Source: Promethearchaeota archaeon
Lineage (GTDB): Archaea; Asgardarchaeota; Hermodarchaeia; Hermodarchaeales; Hermodarchaeaceae
Assembly: GCA_048938385.1 (NCBI GenBank)
Contig: JBHLMG010000001.1
Location: 96,001-160,000 of the forward strand
Length of the DNA stretch: 64,000 bases
Direction: 5' to 3'
Shown piece after piece: positions 29,938 to 39,500 of this stretch. Each line of letters begins with the position of its first letter. Positions within the stretch are counted from its first letter, which is position 1. The notes beneath the pieces are model-generated. The model was not told the origin of the DNA. It was given only the letters and a program-made list of their open reading frames with translations, and did no database searches. The position numbers and the translations under genes were made by a program.

Positions 29938-30705
29938 GTGCATGCAATCTACTTTGTTGGTACAGCAGGGTCAGGGAAGTCAACCCTCACTCATATCTTC
30001 GCCAAATGGCTTGCAGATGCAAAGTTAAGCGTGGGAACCGTGAATTTAGATCCTGGAGTACTGCACCTTCCTTATGGACCAGATATCGATGTTCGGGATT
30101 TTGTTTCTCTTCAAGGAGTGATGGAAAAATACAATCTCGGCCCTAATGGTGGGCTGGTTGCCGCTATTGATCTCATAAGCACACATCTTGGTACTTTGCA
30201 GGAGGAAATTAAGGATCTGGCTGTAGATTTCTTACTATTAGACGCTCCTGGTCAAATTGAATTGTTCGCCTTTAGACAAACAGGACCGATTATTGTATCA
30301 AGCCTTGGGGGAGAAAGCAAAATGATCGCATACTTAGTTGACTCAACGTTAAGCAAAACTCCTGCAGGATTTATCTCCTCCTTGTTCCTTTCTGCATCAG
30401 TCTTAGTTCGATTTCAACTTCCTCAACTCAATGTTCTTTCACGAGCTGATTTGCTTGACCAAGAAGAACTTGAACGGATTCAAAGCTGGCTTGACGATCC
30501 CGATCAACTTATTTTCGCCTTACAAGAGTTGCGAAATGAACTACAAACGGAACTTTCCAGTGAGCTATGTCGTTCCATTCAACAACTTTTTTCAGGGCTT
30601 GATGTTGTTCCACTTTCAGCTGAAAAAATGTCTAACTTAGACCTTCTCTATTCCCATATATCCTATACTCTGACAGGTGGCGAAGGTTTCGAAATCTTTC
30701 GCTAA
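29938..30705 (+). CDS. GPN-loop GTPase
   Basis: GTAGSGKST, VNLDPG, YNLGPNGG (GPN), DAPGQIELF. Confidence 0.93.
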   Translation: MHAIYFVGTAGSGKSTLTHIFAKWLADAKLSVGTVNLDPGVLHLPYGPDIDVRDFVSLQGVMEKYNLGPNGGLVAAIDLISTHLGTLQEEIKDLAVDFLLLDAPGQIELFAFRQTGPIIVSSLGGESKMIAYLVDSTLSKTPAGFISSLFLSASVLVRFQLPQLNVLSRADLLDQEELERIQSWLDDPDQLIFALQELRNELQTELSSELCRSIQQLFSGLDVVPLSAEKMSNLDLLYSHISYTLTGGEGFEIFR

Positions 30706-30759
30706 TTTCGTCTTCCTAAAAGGTTTTAATTCAGACAATAATGTTGTATGAAGCGCTAG

Positions 30760-31482
30760 GTGAATTTAATGCCGAAGATTGATGACATAATTGCAACGGC
30801 GCGTTCAGAGAATCGGACATATCTCTTGGAACACGAGTCTAAAACCATAATGAAGAGTTACGATATACCCGTAACGGAGTTCCAGGTTGCGGAAACTGAA
30901 GAAGCCGCAGTGAAGGCGGCAGAAAAGATCGGTTTTCCCGTTGTACTCAAAATCTTAAGCCCCGATGTAATACACAAAAGCGATGTCGGTGGCGTACTCA
31001 TAAATCTGAAAGATAGTGAAGCCGTGCGAGAGGGCTATCAAACAATTATTTCAAAAGTAAAGAAACACAAAGCTAAAGCTGATATTAGGGGTATTTTTGT
31101 TGAAGAATTCGCCCCCAAGGGGGTCGAAGTGATCATTGGAGCAATTAAAGACCCCCAATTTGGCCCTGCTCTAATGTTTGGGTTAGGTGGGGTCTTCGTT
31201 GAAGTACTTAAAGATGTTAGTTTTCGTGTAGCTCCAATTACAAAGTATGATGCCCAGGAAATGATTCGAGAAATAAAGGGGTATCCCATTCTAACCGGAA
31301 TTCGCGGACAGGAGGCTTCTGATACTACGGCATTAACGCATATACTCCTTCAGGTTTCAAAGTTAGTGATCGACTACCCGAGCATCAACCAACTCGATCT
31401 TAACCCTGTATTTTCATATCCTAAGGGGGCAAAATGCGTGGATGCTCGTATCATTCTAGAAGAAAAGGCTAAAACTCAATAG
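30760..31482 (+). CDS. acdB: ADP-forming acetate--CoA ligase beta subunit (ATP-grasp)
   Basis: LLEHESK, IGFPVVLKILSPDVIHKSDVGGV, DPQFGPALMFGLGGVFVEVLKDV, LDLNPV, VDARI. Confidence 0.9.
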   Translation: MNLMPKIDDIIATARSENRTYLLEHESKTIMKSYDIPVTEFQVAETEEAAVKAAEKIGFPVVLKILSPDVIHKSDVGGVLINLKDSEAVREGYQTIISKVKKHKAKADIRGIFVEEFAPKGVEVIIGAIKDPQFGPALMFGLGGVFVEVLKDVSFRVAPITKYDAQEMIREIKGYPILTGIRGQEASDTTALTHILLQVSKLVIDYPSINQLDLNPVFSYPKGAKCVDARIILEEKAKTQ

Positions 31483-31607
31483 GCTCTTTGTGTTTTGAGA
31501 AATCTTCCTGCAAAGGTGTTGAGTTCCGTTAGTTTTAAAAAACCTTTTTCCATACCCCTTTCACTCTTGAAACCCTCATCAGTTGTAGTTTAGAATAAGG
31601 TGGTATA

Positions 31608-32477
31608 GTGGCCGAGGAATCTGTTCTTAAGCTGGCCGAAATAAACCGGCTAACCACTTCATTACGAGAAAAACGTGATGAATTGAATACAGAAGCTAAA
31701 AGGCTAATGAAGGAAAGGGATAGCCTTAACGCACAAGTGGCTGAACGACTACAAAAAGCACGTGAACACCGAGAACAACGCGACGAATATAACCAAAAAG
31801 TCGCTGAATTCAAGGTGAAGCGAGACGAAATCTATGCCAAACTGAAAGATAAGGTAGAAGAACGACAGGATACTGAAGAAGAAGTTCAAGAAATCCAAAA
31901 CAAAACCTCGGTACCTGCTCATGTCCTGCGTCGGAAAATTCGTGAACTAGATTGGTCACTTCAAACACAGGTTTTAGATCTTAAACATGAACGCGAAATA
32001 ATTGAGCAAATCGCTGCGCTTGAAGAAGAAATGAAGGTGGCAGAAGACGCGGCGGCTAAAAAGAAAGAAAGCGCTAAGACCCGAACAGAAATTGAAGATT
32101 TTCGCCTCCTTATGAATGCGCATCACAACTCAGTGTTGGAATTCGCACGGCTTTCACAAGAGGAAAACCAGCGTATGATAGAAGCATATGCAGAAGTTGA
32201 CTCGTTACGAAAACAAGCAGATGAAGCTCACCGTCATTACCTTGCAACCCGAAAAGAAGCAGATGAAACACATCACCAATTTATTGAAGCTAAACAGGAA
32301 AACAACCGACTAAGAAAGGAATTGAGCGAAGTTCGTGTTCGTAGGCGTGTAGAAAAACTTCAAGAGATGGAGGAGCGTCTTGAAGAAAAAACTTCAACCG
32401 CCTTGGAGAAGTTTAAGCGTGGAGAGCGATTAACGATGGAAGAGTTTTCGCTCTTAATGAAGCGTGGTTTATTATAG
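31608..32477 (+). CDS. Archaeal coiled-coil protein (COG1340-like)
   Basis: Repeated KRDELN/ERDSLN/QRDEYN heptads, LDWSLQT..LD..HERE, C-terminal EKFKRGERLTMEE. Confidence 0.8.
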   Translation: MAEESVLKLAEINRLTTSLREKRDELNTEAKRLMKERDSLNAQVAERLQKAREHREQRDEYNQKVAEFKVKRDEIYAKLKDKVEERQDTEEEVQEIQNKTSVPAHVLRRKIRELDWSLQTQVLDLKHEREIIEQIAALEEEMKVAEDAAAKKKESAKTRTEIEDFRLLMNAHHNSVLEFARLSQEENQRMIEAYAEVDSLRKQADEAHRHYLATRKEADETHHQFIEAKQENNRLRKELSEVRVRRRVEKLQEMEERLEEKTSTALEKFKRGERLTMEEFSLLMKRGLL

Positions 32478-32485
32478 GGCTTGAA

Positions 32486-32917
32486 CTACAAGTCAATTGG
32501 CAAAACCAAATCTGCTGATTTTTGGAGACCCTGATTTTGAGGGTTTGATGATAAAAGCAACACAACCTCTTTACCGAGTTCTCTTGCACGGCAAATCAAC
32601 GGAATGAACTTTTCATTCTCTGTCACAAGGGCTAATATGTCGATTTTTTCGTTATAAACGAGTTCCATGGCTTCGAGGGCAAAGTGGATGTCAAGGTCAC
32701 CATGGACGATGATTGGTGTGAATCCCTCTTTGGAGAGCTTTTTTGAATTTTCTAGTGAGTATTTTTGTAACATCACAATCTTTGCTACTTTAACATCTCC
32801 AATTTCTTTTAATAGTGGTCGGATGTGAGTTGCAACTGAAAGGATTGAGGGAGATATATTACTATCAATCAGAAGTGCAAGAGGTTTTCCTTTCTTTCGT
32901 CGGACCACCACTCTCAC
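32486..32917 (-). CDS. NYN domain protein (TIGR00288-like, divergent)
   Basis: ALLIDSNI, GDVKVAK, GFTP...GDLDIHFALEAME, FIPLI.RARELGKEV, LQKSAD. Confidence 0.7.
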   Translation of the reverse strand: MRVVVRRKKGKPLALLIDSNISPSILSVATHIRPLLKEIGDVKVAKIVMLQKYSLENSKKLSKEGFTPIIVHGDLDIHFALEAMELVYNEKIDILALVTENEKFIPLICRARELGKEVVLLLSSNPQNQGLQKSADLVLPIDL

Positions 32918-33709
32918 CTAATTTCCAAATCGCCTTTCTCGGCGTTGATAAGTTCTAACTGCACGCCAAAAGTCAATCTTACGAATTTCTGGCCAATATA
33001 CATCAGCAAAATACAATTCAGAGTAAGCTGACTGCCATAATAGAAATCCCGACAATCGTTCTTCACCAGAAGTGCGAATGATTAGTTCTGGATCCGCAGT
33101 ACCTGCAGTGTACAAATGCTGTTCGACTGTCGAATCACTAATAATAGCGGGATCTAATTCTCCAGCTCGAACTTTCTCTGCTATTCTTTTGATCGCGTCC
33201 ACAATTTCGGTTCGACCACCATAGCCTATCGCGACATTTAGTTGAAACTTATTATAGTTGGCTGTGACCTCTTCTGCCTTTTTTATTGCTTTTAACAGCG
33301 ATGAGGGAAGCAGTGAAAACTGACCAATAGCTCTTACTCGAACCTGGTGATGGTGGACCACTTCTGACCGGGCAATGGTTTCAAAACGCTCTTGAGCGAG
33401 GTTCAAGATGTGTTGGACTTCCTTCTTGTTTCGGGAGAAATTCTCAGTCGAAAAGGCGTACACTGTAATTACCTTGATTCCCGCCTCAAAACACCAATCG
33501 AGAACCTCTTCCACGCGTTGAGCACCCATAGAATGACCAAAATCTGTATCTTGACCCTGTTCTTTGGCAAATCGGCGGTTTCCATCAAGAATAATACCGA
33601 TATGGGTTGGCATTGGGTTGTCCTTTATTTGGCGCCAAAGATACCACGAGTACAAATGATAAACCGGACCCATTAAATTAGCCACTGTCTTACCCTCGGT
33701 TAGTCCCAA
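32918..33709 (-). CDS. uppS: cis-prenyltransferase (polyprenyl diphosphate synthase)
   Basis: HIGIILDGNRRFA, VYAFSTENFSR, AIGYGGRTEI, IIRTSGEERLSGFLLWQSAYSELYF, RERRFG. Confidence 0.96.
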   Translation of the reverse strand: MGLTEGKTVANLMGPVYHLYSWYLWRQIKDNPMPTHIGIILDGNRRFAKEQGQDTDFGHSMGAQRVEEVLDWCFEAGIKVITVYAFSTENFSRNKKEVQHILNLAQERFETIARSEVVHHHQVRVRAIGQFSLLPSSLLKAIKKAEEVTANYNKFQLNVAIGYGGRTEIVDAIKRIAEKVRAGELDPAIISDSTVEQHLYTAGTADPELIIRTSGEERLSGFLLWQSAYSELYFADVYWPEIRKIDFWRAVRTYQRRERRFGN

Positions 33710-33759
33710 AAGCCTGCGTTATATAACCTTTCGTATTGCAATTATTCTATTTGGGTTAA

Positions 33760-34143
33760 TCATCGGTTGAGTTTTTTAGCGATTTTTTTTGCAGCACGCT
33801 CCATATTGATAAAGACTAGTCCTAGACCCGCAAGGGAAGCCGTGTTCGTGCTCACCATTAAAACGGAATCTGGACCTGCCGCCACCATGATAACGGCTCC
33901 TGTTTTCCCTTGAGCAAAAACCTGGTGTAATGCTCCTTTCCTTAAATCTGACGCCGCCCGTTCACCAATAGTAAGCAGTGCAGCGCTCATCGCAGCTAGA
34001 AGCGTCTCGTCGAATTCTTCCGGAAGATTCGCTGCAATAGGAAGCCCATCGACTCCAACTACAACAGCAGCCTCAATCTCGTCTACTGATTCTGTAAGAC
34101 TCTCCAGGATTTTCTCAATTTCAGGAGAACTCGGAATCATCAA
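33760..34143 (-). CDS. Roadblock/LC7 (MglB-like) protein
   Basis: IEAAVVVGVDGLPIA, LAAMSAALL.IGER...L..G.L.QV. Confidence 0.92.
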   Translation of the reverse strand: MMIPSSPEIEKILESLTESVDEIEAAVVVGVDGLPIAANLPEEFDETLLAAMSAALLTIGERAASDLRKGALHQVFAQGKTGAVIMVAAGPDSVLMVSTNTASLAGLGLVFINMERAAKKIAKKLNR

Positions 34144-34150
34144 GGTTGGT

Positions 34151-34738
34151 CTAACTCGCTGATGCTTTTGCAGATGTCTTAGGGTACAAATGGTACATCA
34201 AGATATCGCGAGTTACCTGTCGAAACGCGCGTTTAACATTTTCTCCTGTAATAGCACAGGTCGTAAAATTCGGAACATTCCCCAACCCCAACTTTGCCAA
34301 CATGATGGAATTATCCATAGCATTGGACAAATCCTGCTTGTTCAGCATAACAACCAAACTAACCGAATGCCCCAGCTCATCGCTTACAAAGGAACGGAGC
34401 TCAGACATACTTTCGATATTCGCCTCCATCTGATCTGGAGACGAGTCCGCCACGAAAATAATTCCATCTACCCCAGTTAGAATTACCTTTCGTTGTCCTC
34501 GATGTCTGCGTTGACCCGCTACAGTGTATACATCAAAGACTACTTGAGCTGTGGCTTGCATTGGAGTATAGTCAAAAAAAAGAGTCCGACCTGTATGATC
34601 TGCCACCGATGTAAATCCGCCTTTTTCAAGCCCTTCAACATTATCATAAATCCAGCGAAGTGCAGTCGTCTTTCCCGACAGTGATGGTCCCCAGAAGACG
34701 ATTTTGAAATGTATTCGACCTTTCGTGTCTTTCTTCAA
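34151..34738 (-). CDS. MglA-like small GTPase
   Basis: KIVFWGPSLSGKTT, RTLFFDY, YTVAGQ, R..IL.GVDGIIFVADS, NKQDL, CAITG. Confidence 0.9.
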   Translation of the reverse strand: MKKDTKGRIHFKIVFWGPSLSGKTTALRWIYDNVEGLEKGGFTSVADHTGRTLFFDYTPMQATAQVVFDVYTVAGQRRHRGQRKVILTGVDGIIFVADSSPDQMEANIESMSELRSFVSDELGHSVSLVVMLNKQDLSNAMDNSIMLAKLGLGNVPNFTTCAITGENVKRAFRQVTRDILMYHLYPKTSAKASAS

Positions 34739-34784
34739 AGCAGGACGGCTCCTCCTTATTCACGTTGCGCCTATCCCGTCCCCA

Positions 34785-35284
34785 TTAACCCTTCTCTAAT
34801 TCGCCGAGCGCTGCACGCAGCTCTTCTCGCTCTGCGTCAGTCTTACCTGCCGCTACTGCTGGCTTCTCGGCCATGAATTCATCTAATACTTTCGCAAGCT
34901 CCGCCGCGGCTTTCATCATCGTTAAACGAATCATCCCAATGTTTACTTCCTTATCGGTGATTACGCAGAGTACACCTTTTCCTGCACCAGCAGCGAAAAT
35001 CTTGCCATCACCAAACTCCGAAGTCACGATCGTCAGATCGCCTACATCCAAACTTTTTCCCTGCTCTTCGCTAGCGCAGAACACGGCACTTGCAATCGCG
35101 CCTATCCCGTCTACATTTCCGCGTTGTCTAGGTATTAGAGCAACTCAACGGGGTAGTACGAGAATTTTGAAACATGCGCGATAGTAAGACCGGTTCGGTC
35201 AACGAGGATAGTCTTCTTAATTCCTGGTTCGGATTTAATGACATCGGAGAGGATTTCATCAAATTGTCTCACGGTTATTGACAA
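34785..35284 (-). CDS. Roadblock/LC7 protein interrupted by a 29-nt BHB insert (join 35284..35146, 35116..34785; 156 aa)
   Basis: Two ORF-track fragments in different frames join to MSITVRQFDEIL...LVDRTGLTIAHVSKFSYYPVDVDGIGAIASAVFCASEEQGK...; 139+332=471 nt; TTG start after GGTGG. Confidence 0.8.
35117..35145 (-). other. Candidate BHB-type pre-mRNA intron (29 nt)
   Basis: mRNA CCGU-[UG^A]-GUUGCUCUA-AUACC-UAGACAAC-GCGG-[AA^A]: 4-bp helix CCGU/GCGG flanked by two 3-nt bulges; contains an in-frame UAA; excision restores the frame. Confidence 0.78.
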
Positions 35285-35330
35285 GGCTAATCCCTTTCCA
35301 CCGAGCTTGCGGGAGTTACCATTTGAGGGG

Positions 35331-35348
35331 CAGCTTATATCTTTTGTG
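35331..35348 (-). promoter_or_regulatory. Putative BRE/TATA upstream of the intron-containing roadblock gene
   Basis: Minus strand reads CACAAAAGATATAAGCTG, about 50 nt upstream of the TTG. Confidence 0.35.
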
Positions 35349-35411
35349 TGGCAGGAGGTGGATGCCAATTGCGTCGATGATGTTCGAGAGAGAACTGTGA
35401 GAGTTGTCGCA

Positions 35412-35699
35412 TCATCCTCGTAGGACGATGAGGATATAATCTTCTTCAGGCGCAACCATGACTTCTCCCTGTGGAGTTGAGATTGTAAGAAAGTTCATTC
35501 CACCTTCGCCAAGTTCGTCGACTACGCGTTTAGCTTTGCCTACTAGTGATGTAACGAGGGCAGAAATAACCTCAGTTTTCTCTGCGTTTAGGTTGGAGCT
35601 GATTGGTAGGCCTTCCATGTTGGTAATGATAACGCCTCGCACTCCTTCGTGTGCACCGAGGCGTTTGAGTGAGTCTTTCAACGCTTTTCCGCCAATCAT
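35412..35699 (-). CDS. Roadblock/LC7 protein (dynein light chain roadblock-like, 95 aa)
   Basis: [45 protein letters not shown]. Confidence 0.88.
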   Translation of the reverse strand: MIGGKALKDSLKRLGAHEGVRGVIITNMEGLPISSNLNAEKTEVISALVTSLVGKAKRVVDELGEGGMNFLTISTPQGEVMVAPEEDYILIVLRG

Positions 35700-35874
35700 T
35701 GTACTCCACGCTCTCTAGCCACTCACTAGAGGTCCCTCATTGAAGTTATAAAAGTTCCCTCTTGTTCGGGGATAACGAAGACTTTTTGAAAAAATCTATT
35801 GAACGGCGCACAGTTTTTAAACAGGTAGACTAAATCCATGGTAACGCAAAAACTCATGCCATCTTCTTCTGGCG

Positions 35875-36255
35875 TTGGTTGTGGCTTTTATGCTCGGAAA
35901 AAAAGAGGTCGAAGGGGTACTTGCTGAAGTAATGGACACCATTCCAGAACTCGAAGGTATTATTGCTGCTTCAAATACCGGTAAGGTGGTTGCTGGCCAG
36001 ACTCTTCGAGAAATGAATCATGATGCAATTGTTTCAAGTGTAGTTACCCTTCTAAAGGAATCAAAGGCAGTGAGCCAGTCAGTTGATCAGGGTACAGCTC
36101 AAGTAATCTATCTCGAAACCAACAAAGGCTACACTGTAGCAGTAAACACGGCAAAGGCAATAATCGTTGCAATCGCTGGTAAAGACGCTGCCGCCAGCCT
36201 TGGCCTAATAATCCGGAGCCTTCGAGCCTCAGTAGAGAAAATAACAACTAGTTAG
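35875..36255 (+). CDS. Roadblock/LC7 protein (start possibly ATG 35890)
   Basis: LEGIIAASNTGKVVAG, IIVAIAGKDA..SLGLI...LR. Confidence 0.78.
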   Translation: MVVAFMLGKKEVEGVLAEVMDTIPELEGIIAASNTGKVVAGQTLREMNHDAIVSSVVTLLKESKAVSQSVDQGTAQVIYLETNKGYTVAVNTAKAIIVAIAGKDAAASLGLIIRSLRASVEKITTS

Positions 36256-36537
36256 ACTCTTTTTCAAAGGGGTTGTGTCACTCAAAGTCTTAATTGATCT
36301 GACTGTGACCCCTCCAATACGGAAAGTTTACATTTCCTGCTTCATGCCTATGTTTGATATTAACTGATCGACCTACTTTCTGAGGATACGCTTTGAATAG
36401 AGTTGACATCGGAAAGTTCGAAGCATACAAATATGTTGTCTAGGTGGTTATTTGAACTTGAAGAAGATCCTTATCACTTCTAAAGGAAGGGTCTTTTAAG
36501 GTAAATAGATAAAAGCAAGTGAATAGGCGTTGTTTGT

Positions 36538-39500
36538 GTGGCTTTCATTCGGCAAATAACAATTCAAGGGTTCAAAAGCTTTAGTCCCCGAAAAACTACG
36601 ATTAATCTCACCCAAGGGTTTACTGCTATTGTTGGTGAAAACGGCTGCGGGAAAAGCAACATCCTAGATGCGGTTTGCTTTGTTTTGGGTCGACTAAGTA
36701 GTAAATCACTTCGTGCTGAGAATTTTGCTTCATTGTTGTTTAATGGAGGAGCAGGCAATTCTCCAGCCAAGATTTGTCGTGTCAGCTTAGTATTTACTAA
36801 CACGGATCGTCAACTTCCCATTGATGCCGATGAAGTCACCATAAGTCGTGAAGTTGATGAAAGCGGAGTGAGTGCCTATCGAATCGGTGGAAAACGCGTA
36901 ACACGCACTGAAATGTTAGACACTATTTCTGTCGCAGGTTTGCATCCTGAAGGTCACAACATTGTTCTGCAAAACGAATTGGCGAACGTCATCAGCATGT
37001 CACCAACGGACATCCGTCAGGTCGTCGAAGGCGTTGCGGGAATTTCCGTCTTTGACGAAAAGAAACAACAAATTGAAGGTGAATTATCAAAGGTTGATCA
37101 GAACCTCCAAATTGTCCAAATGCGCACAGAGGAAATTAGACAAGAATATTCCCGATTAGAGAAAGACAGGCAGGATGCTCTACGATGGCGTGAAATAACA
37201 GAACAAATAGTCGGTTTTGAACGGGATCTTGTTTTTGCTGAACTCATCCGACTTGAACAAAGACTAAACGAGCTTAAAGAAGAATATGCTACCTATTCAA
37301 AAAACATCAAAGAGTTCGAGGCACAGCGGCAAGCTGCCATGGATCGAAGACTAGAATTAGAAGAGGCTGTTCATAACGACGGCGTTCAAATCAAAACCTT
37401 AGATCAACAGCTGCATAGTAATGAAATTGAAATAACCCGGCTCAGAGAAATACTACGAGGACTCCAACTAACATCTGACAAAATTAATCGTCGAGCAGAG
37501 ACTCTTTCTGCCAGCGTACAACATCTAGAATCTCAGAACATAGAGAAAGAAACAGCCCTTTCTGCGCTAGATGAGAACATAAACGAGTTAAAAGCGGTTG
37601 AAGCCACTCTAAAAGAACAGATTTCTCCCCTTCGTACTCGGTTAACCGAACTCTCTGGACAAATTCCTTCACCTGACGCAGAGTATGTGACCTTGCGTGA
37701 TAGAATTTCATCACTAACCGAGAGGATTGAAACCAAGAAAGGCGAATTGGGTGAGTCTCTTGCTCTACAGCGAATCTCTGATAAAGAGATTACTGAGATA
37801 AAAAAACAAATTGACGAAAGCTACGCGGTGTTACCTGAACAGGAACGCACGCTGCAAGAAGCCAAAACTGAACTCCAAAGCATCGAAAAGGAACTCAAAC
37901 TCATCGAGTCAGAACAGGCAGCACTCCAAGAACAACAAAACAAACTCCAATCTTCTGTGCAAGAAAAACAAAAAACTCAAGATGAACTGACTCTTCTCAT
38001 TCAAGCCGCAAAGGAAGAACTCTTAGAAGCCCAAACACGACTTAAGACTATTCAGGAATTCAAAAAGTACGGTCTTACCCGAAAGGCAGCGATCGAAGCC
38101 GTCCTAAAATTTGCTAAAGAAAATAAAATCCCAGGGGTTTATGGAACTCTTGGAAGCTTAGGACAAACATCAACTAAGCATGCTATTGCCCTTGATGTCG
38201 CAGGCGGTGGACGATTAGACTTCATCGTCGTTGACAATGAAAATACGGCCACGAAATGCATTGACCATCTTAAAAAATCTCGAATAGGGCGGGCTACATT
38301 CATTCCTCTAAACTCGATTAAAGCTGACCCCTTTAGGTACAAAGAGAAGCAAAAAGGAGTCATAGGGAATGCGATGGAATTACTCAACTTCAACGAACAA
38401 TTCCGACCCGCCTTTGAATATGTCTTTGGCAGAACCCTGATCGTTAAGGATTTAGAAACTGCGCGGGAAATTCCAGCTTCGGGTGTTCGAAAAATCACCA
38501 TTGATGGTGATGTTGTAGAGCCTAATCGAACTATAACAGGAGGTTACTACAAAGGCGTTTCTTCCTTAACTCTTGAAGAAGAAGCACGGATTCCTGAATT
38601 ACAGAAGAAACTCAAAGAACTACAAAATTTACAGAAAAAAACAGACCAAGAGTACCGTGAATGGAAGGAGCAATATGAGAATCTAGGTGTACAAATTCGT
38701 GAAAAAGAAACAACAATGGAAAAATTACGAGTTGGTAGAGAGCAAGCCTCTGATGTAGTTACGGAGCAAGAAGAAGCGCTCCAAATCTTCAAAGACAGTA
38801 TTGCTAAACTCCATGCCTCGTTAAAGGGTCAAGACGAAGCGAAGAACCTCTTGGAAAAGAAAATACAATCCATACAAACAGAAATGAATGACCTCACGCA
38901 GCAGCGTGAACGCATACAAAAAGAACTCTCTGACCTTGAACGAAGTAGCCTAGATCCAAACTTAACTAACTTACGATCACAACTGGATGAACTCGAAAAT
39001 CAGTTCCGTGATGTGCAGGTTGAATTAACAGAAAAGAGTGGCGAATCTAAAATTACCACCATCGAATTCAACCGTATATCCAAAGACTTAGAAAACACAA
39101 AGAGCGAATTAGAACAGACACAACAAGAACTTGTCCTTAATCAAAAGGAAATCCAAAGAATTCAATTAGAGCTGGCTTCGCTAGAATCGATCAATAGTGG
39201 TTTAGAAGAAAAAATCCAAAACCTTGAAACTGAAATTTCTTCTAATGAAGCTGAGGCGCAACGCCTCAACACTCAGATTGACGAATTCTTTGATACAATC
39301 AATGAAGAAAAAATGAACCAATCTAGGACAGAAGGCCGTATTGAACACTGGGAAGAACGCATTGCTGCTCAAAAGGAAAAAACCCGCGATTTTGAACCGC
39401 CTCCAATACCGGTTGACCCTGCCATGGTTCATAGCATCCGAAGGCAGTTAGCCGATCTTCAACAAGAACGAGAACAACTTGGGCTGGTGAACCAAAAAGC

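Noticed and set aside
35370-35430. Hairpin GATGATG...CATCATC over the UGA stop of the 95-aa roadblock, considered as a second BHB intron or selenocysteine readthrough
   Set aside because: Bulge sizes do not fit BHB, the protein is already full length for the family, and I see no SECIS-like motif
35135-35455. 106-aa ORF as a stand-alone gene, or the locus as a pseudogene
   Set aside because: Only 35284-35146 is roadblock-like; both halves are intact and the insert obeys BHB geometry, so a spliced gene is the better model
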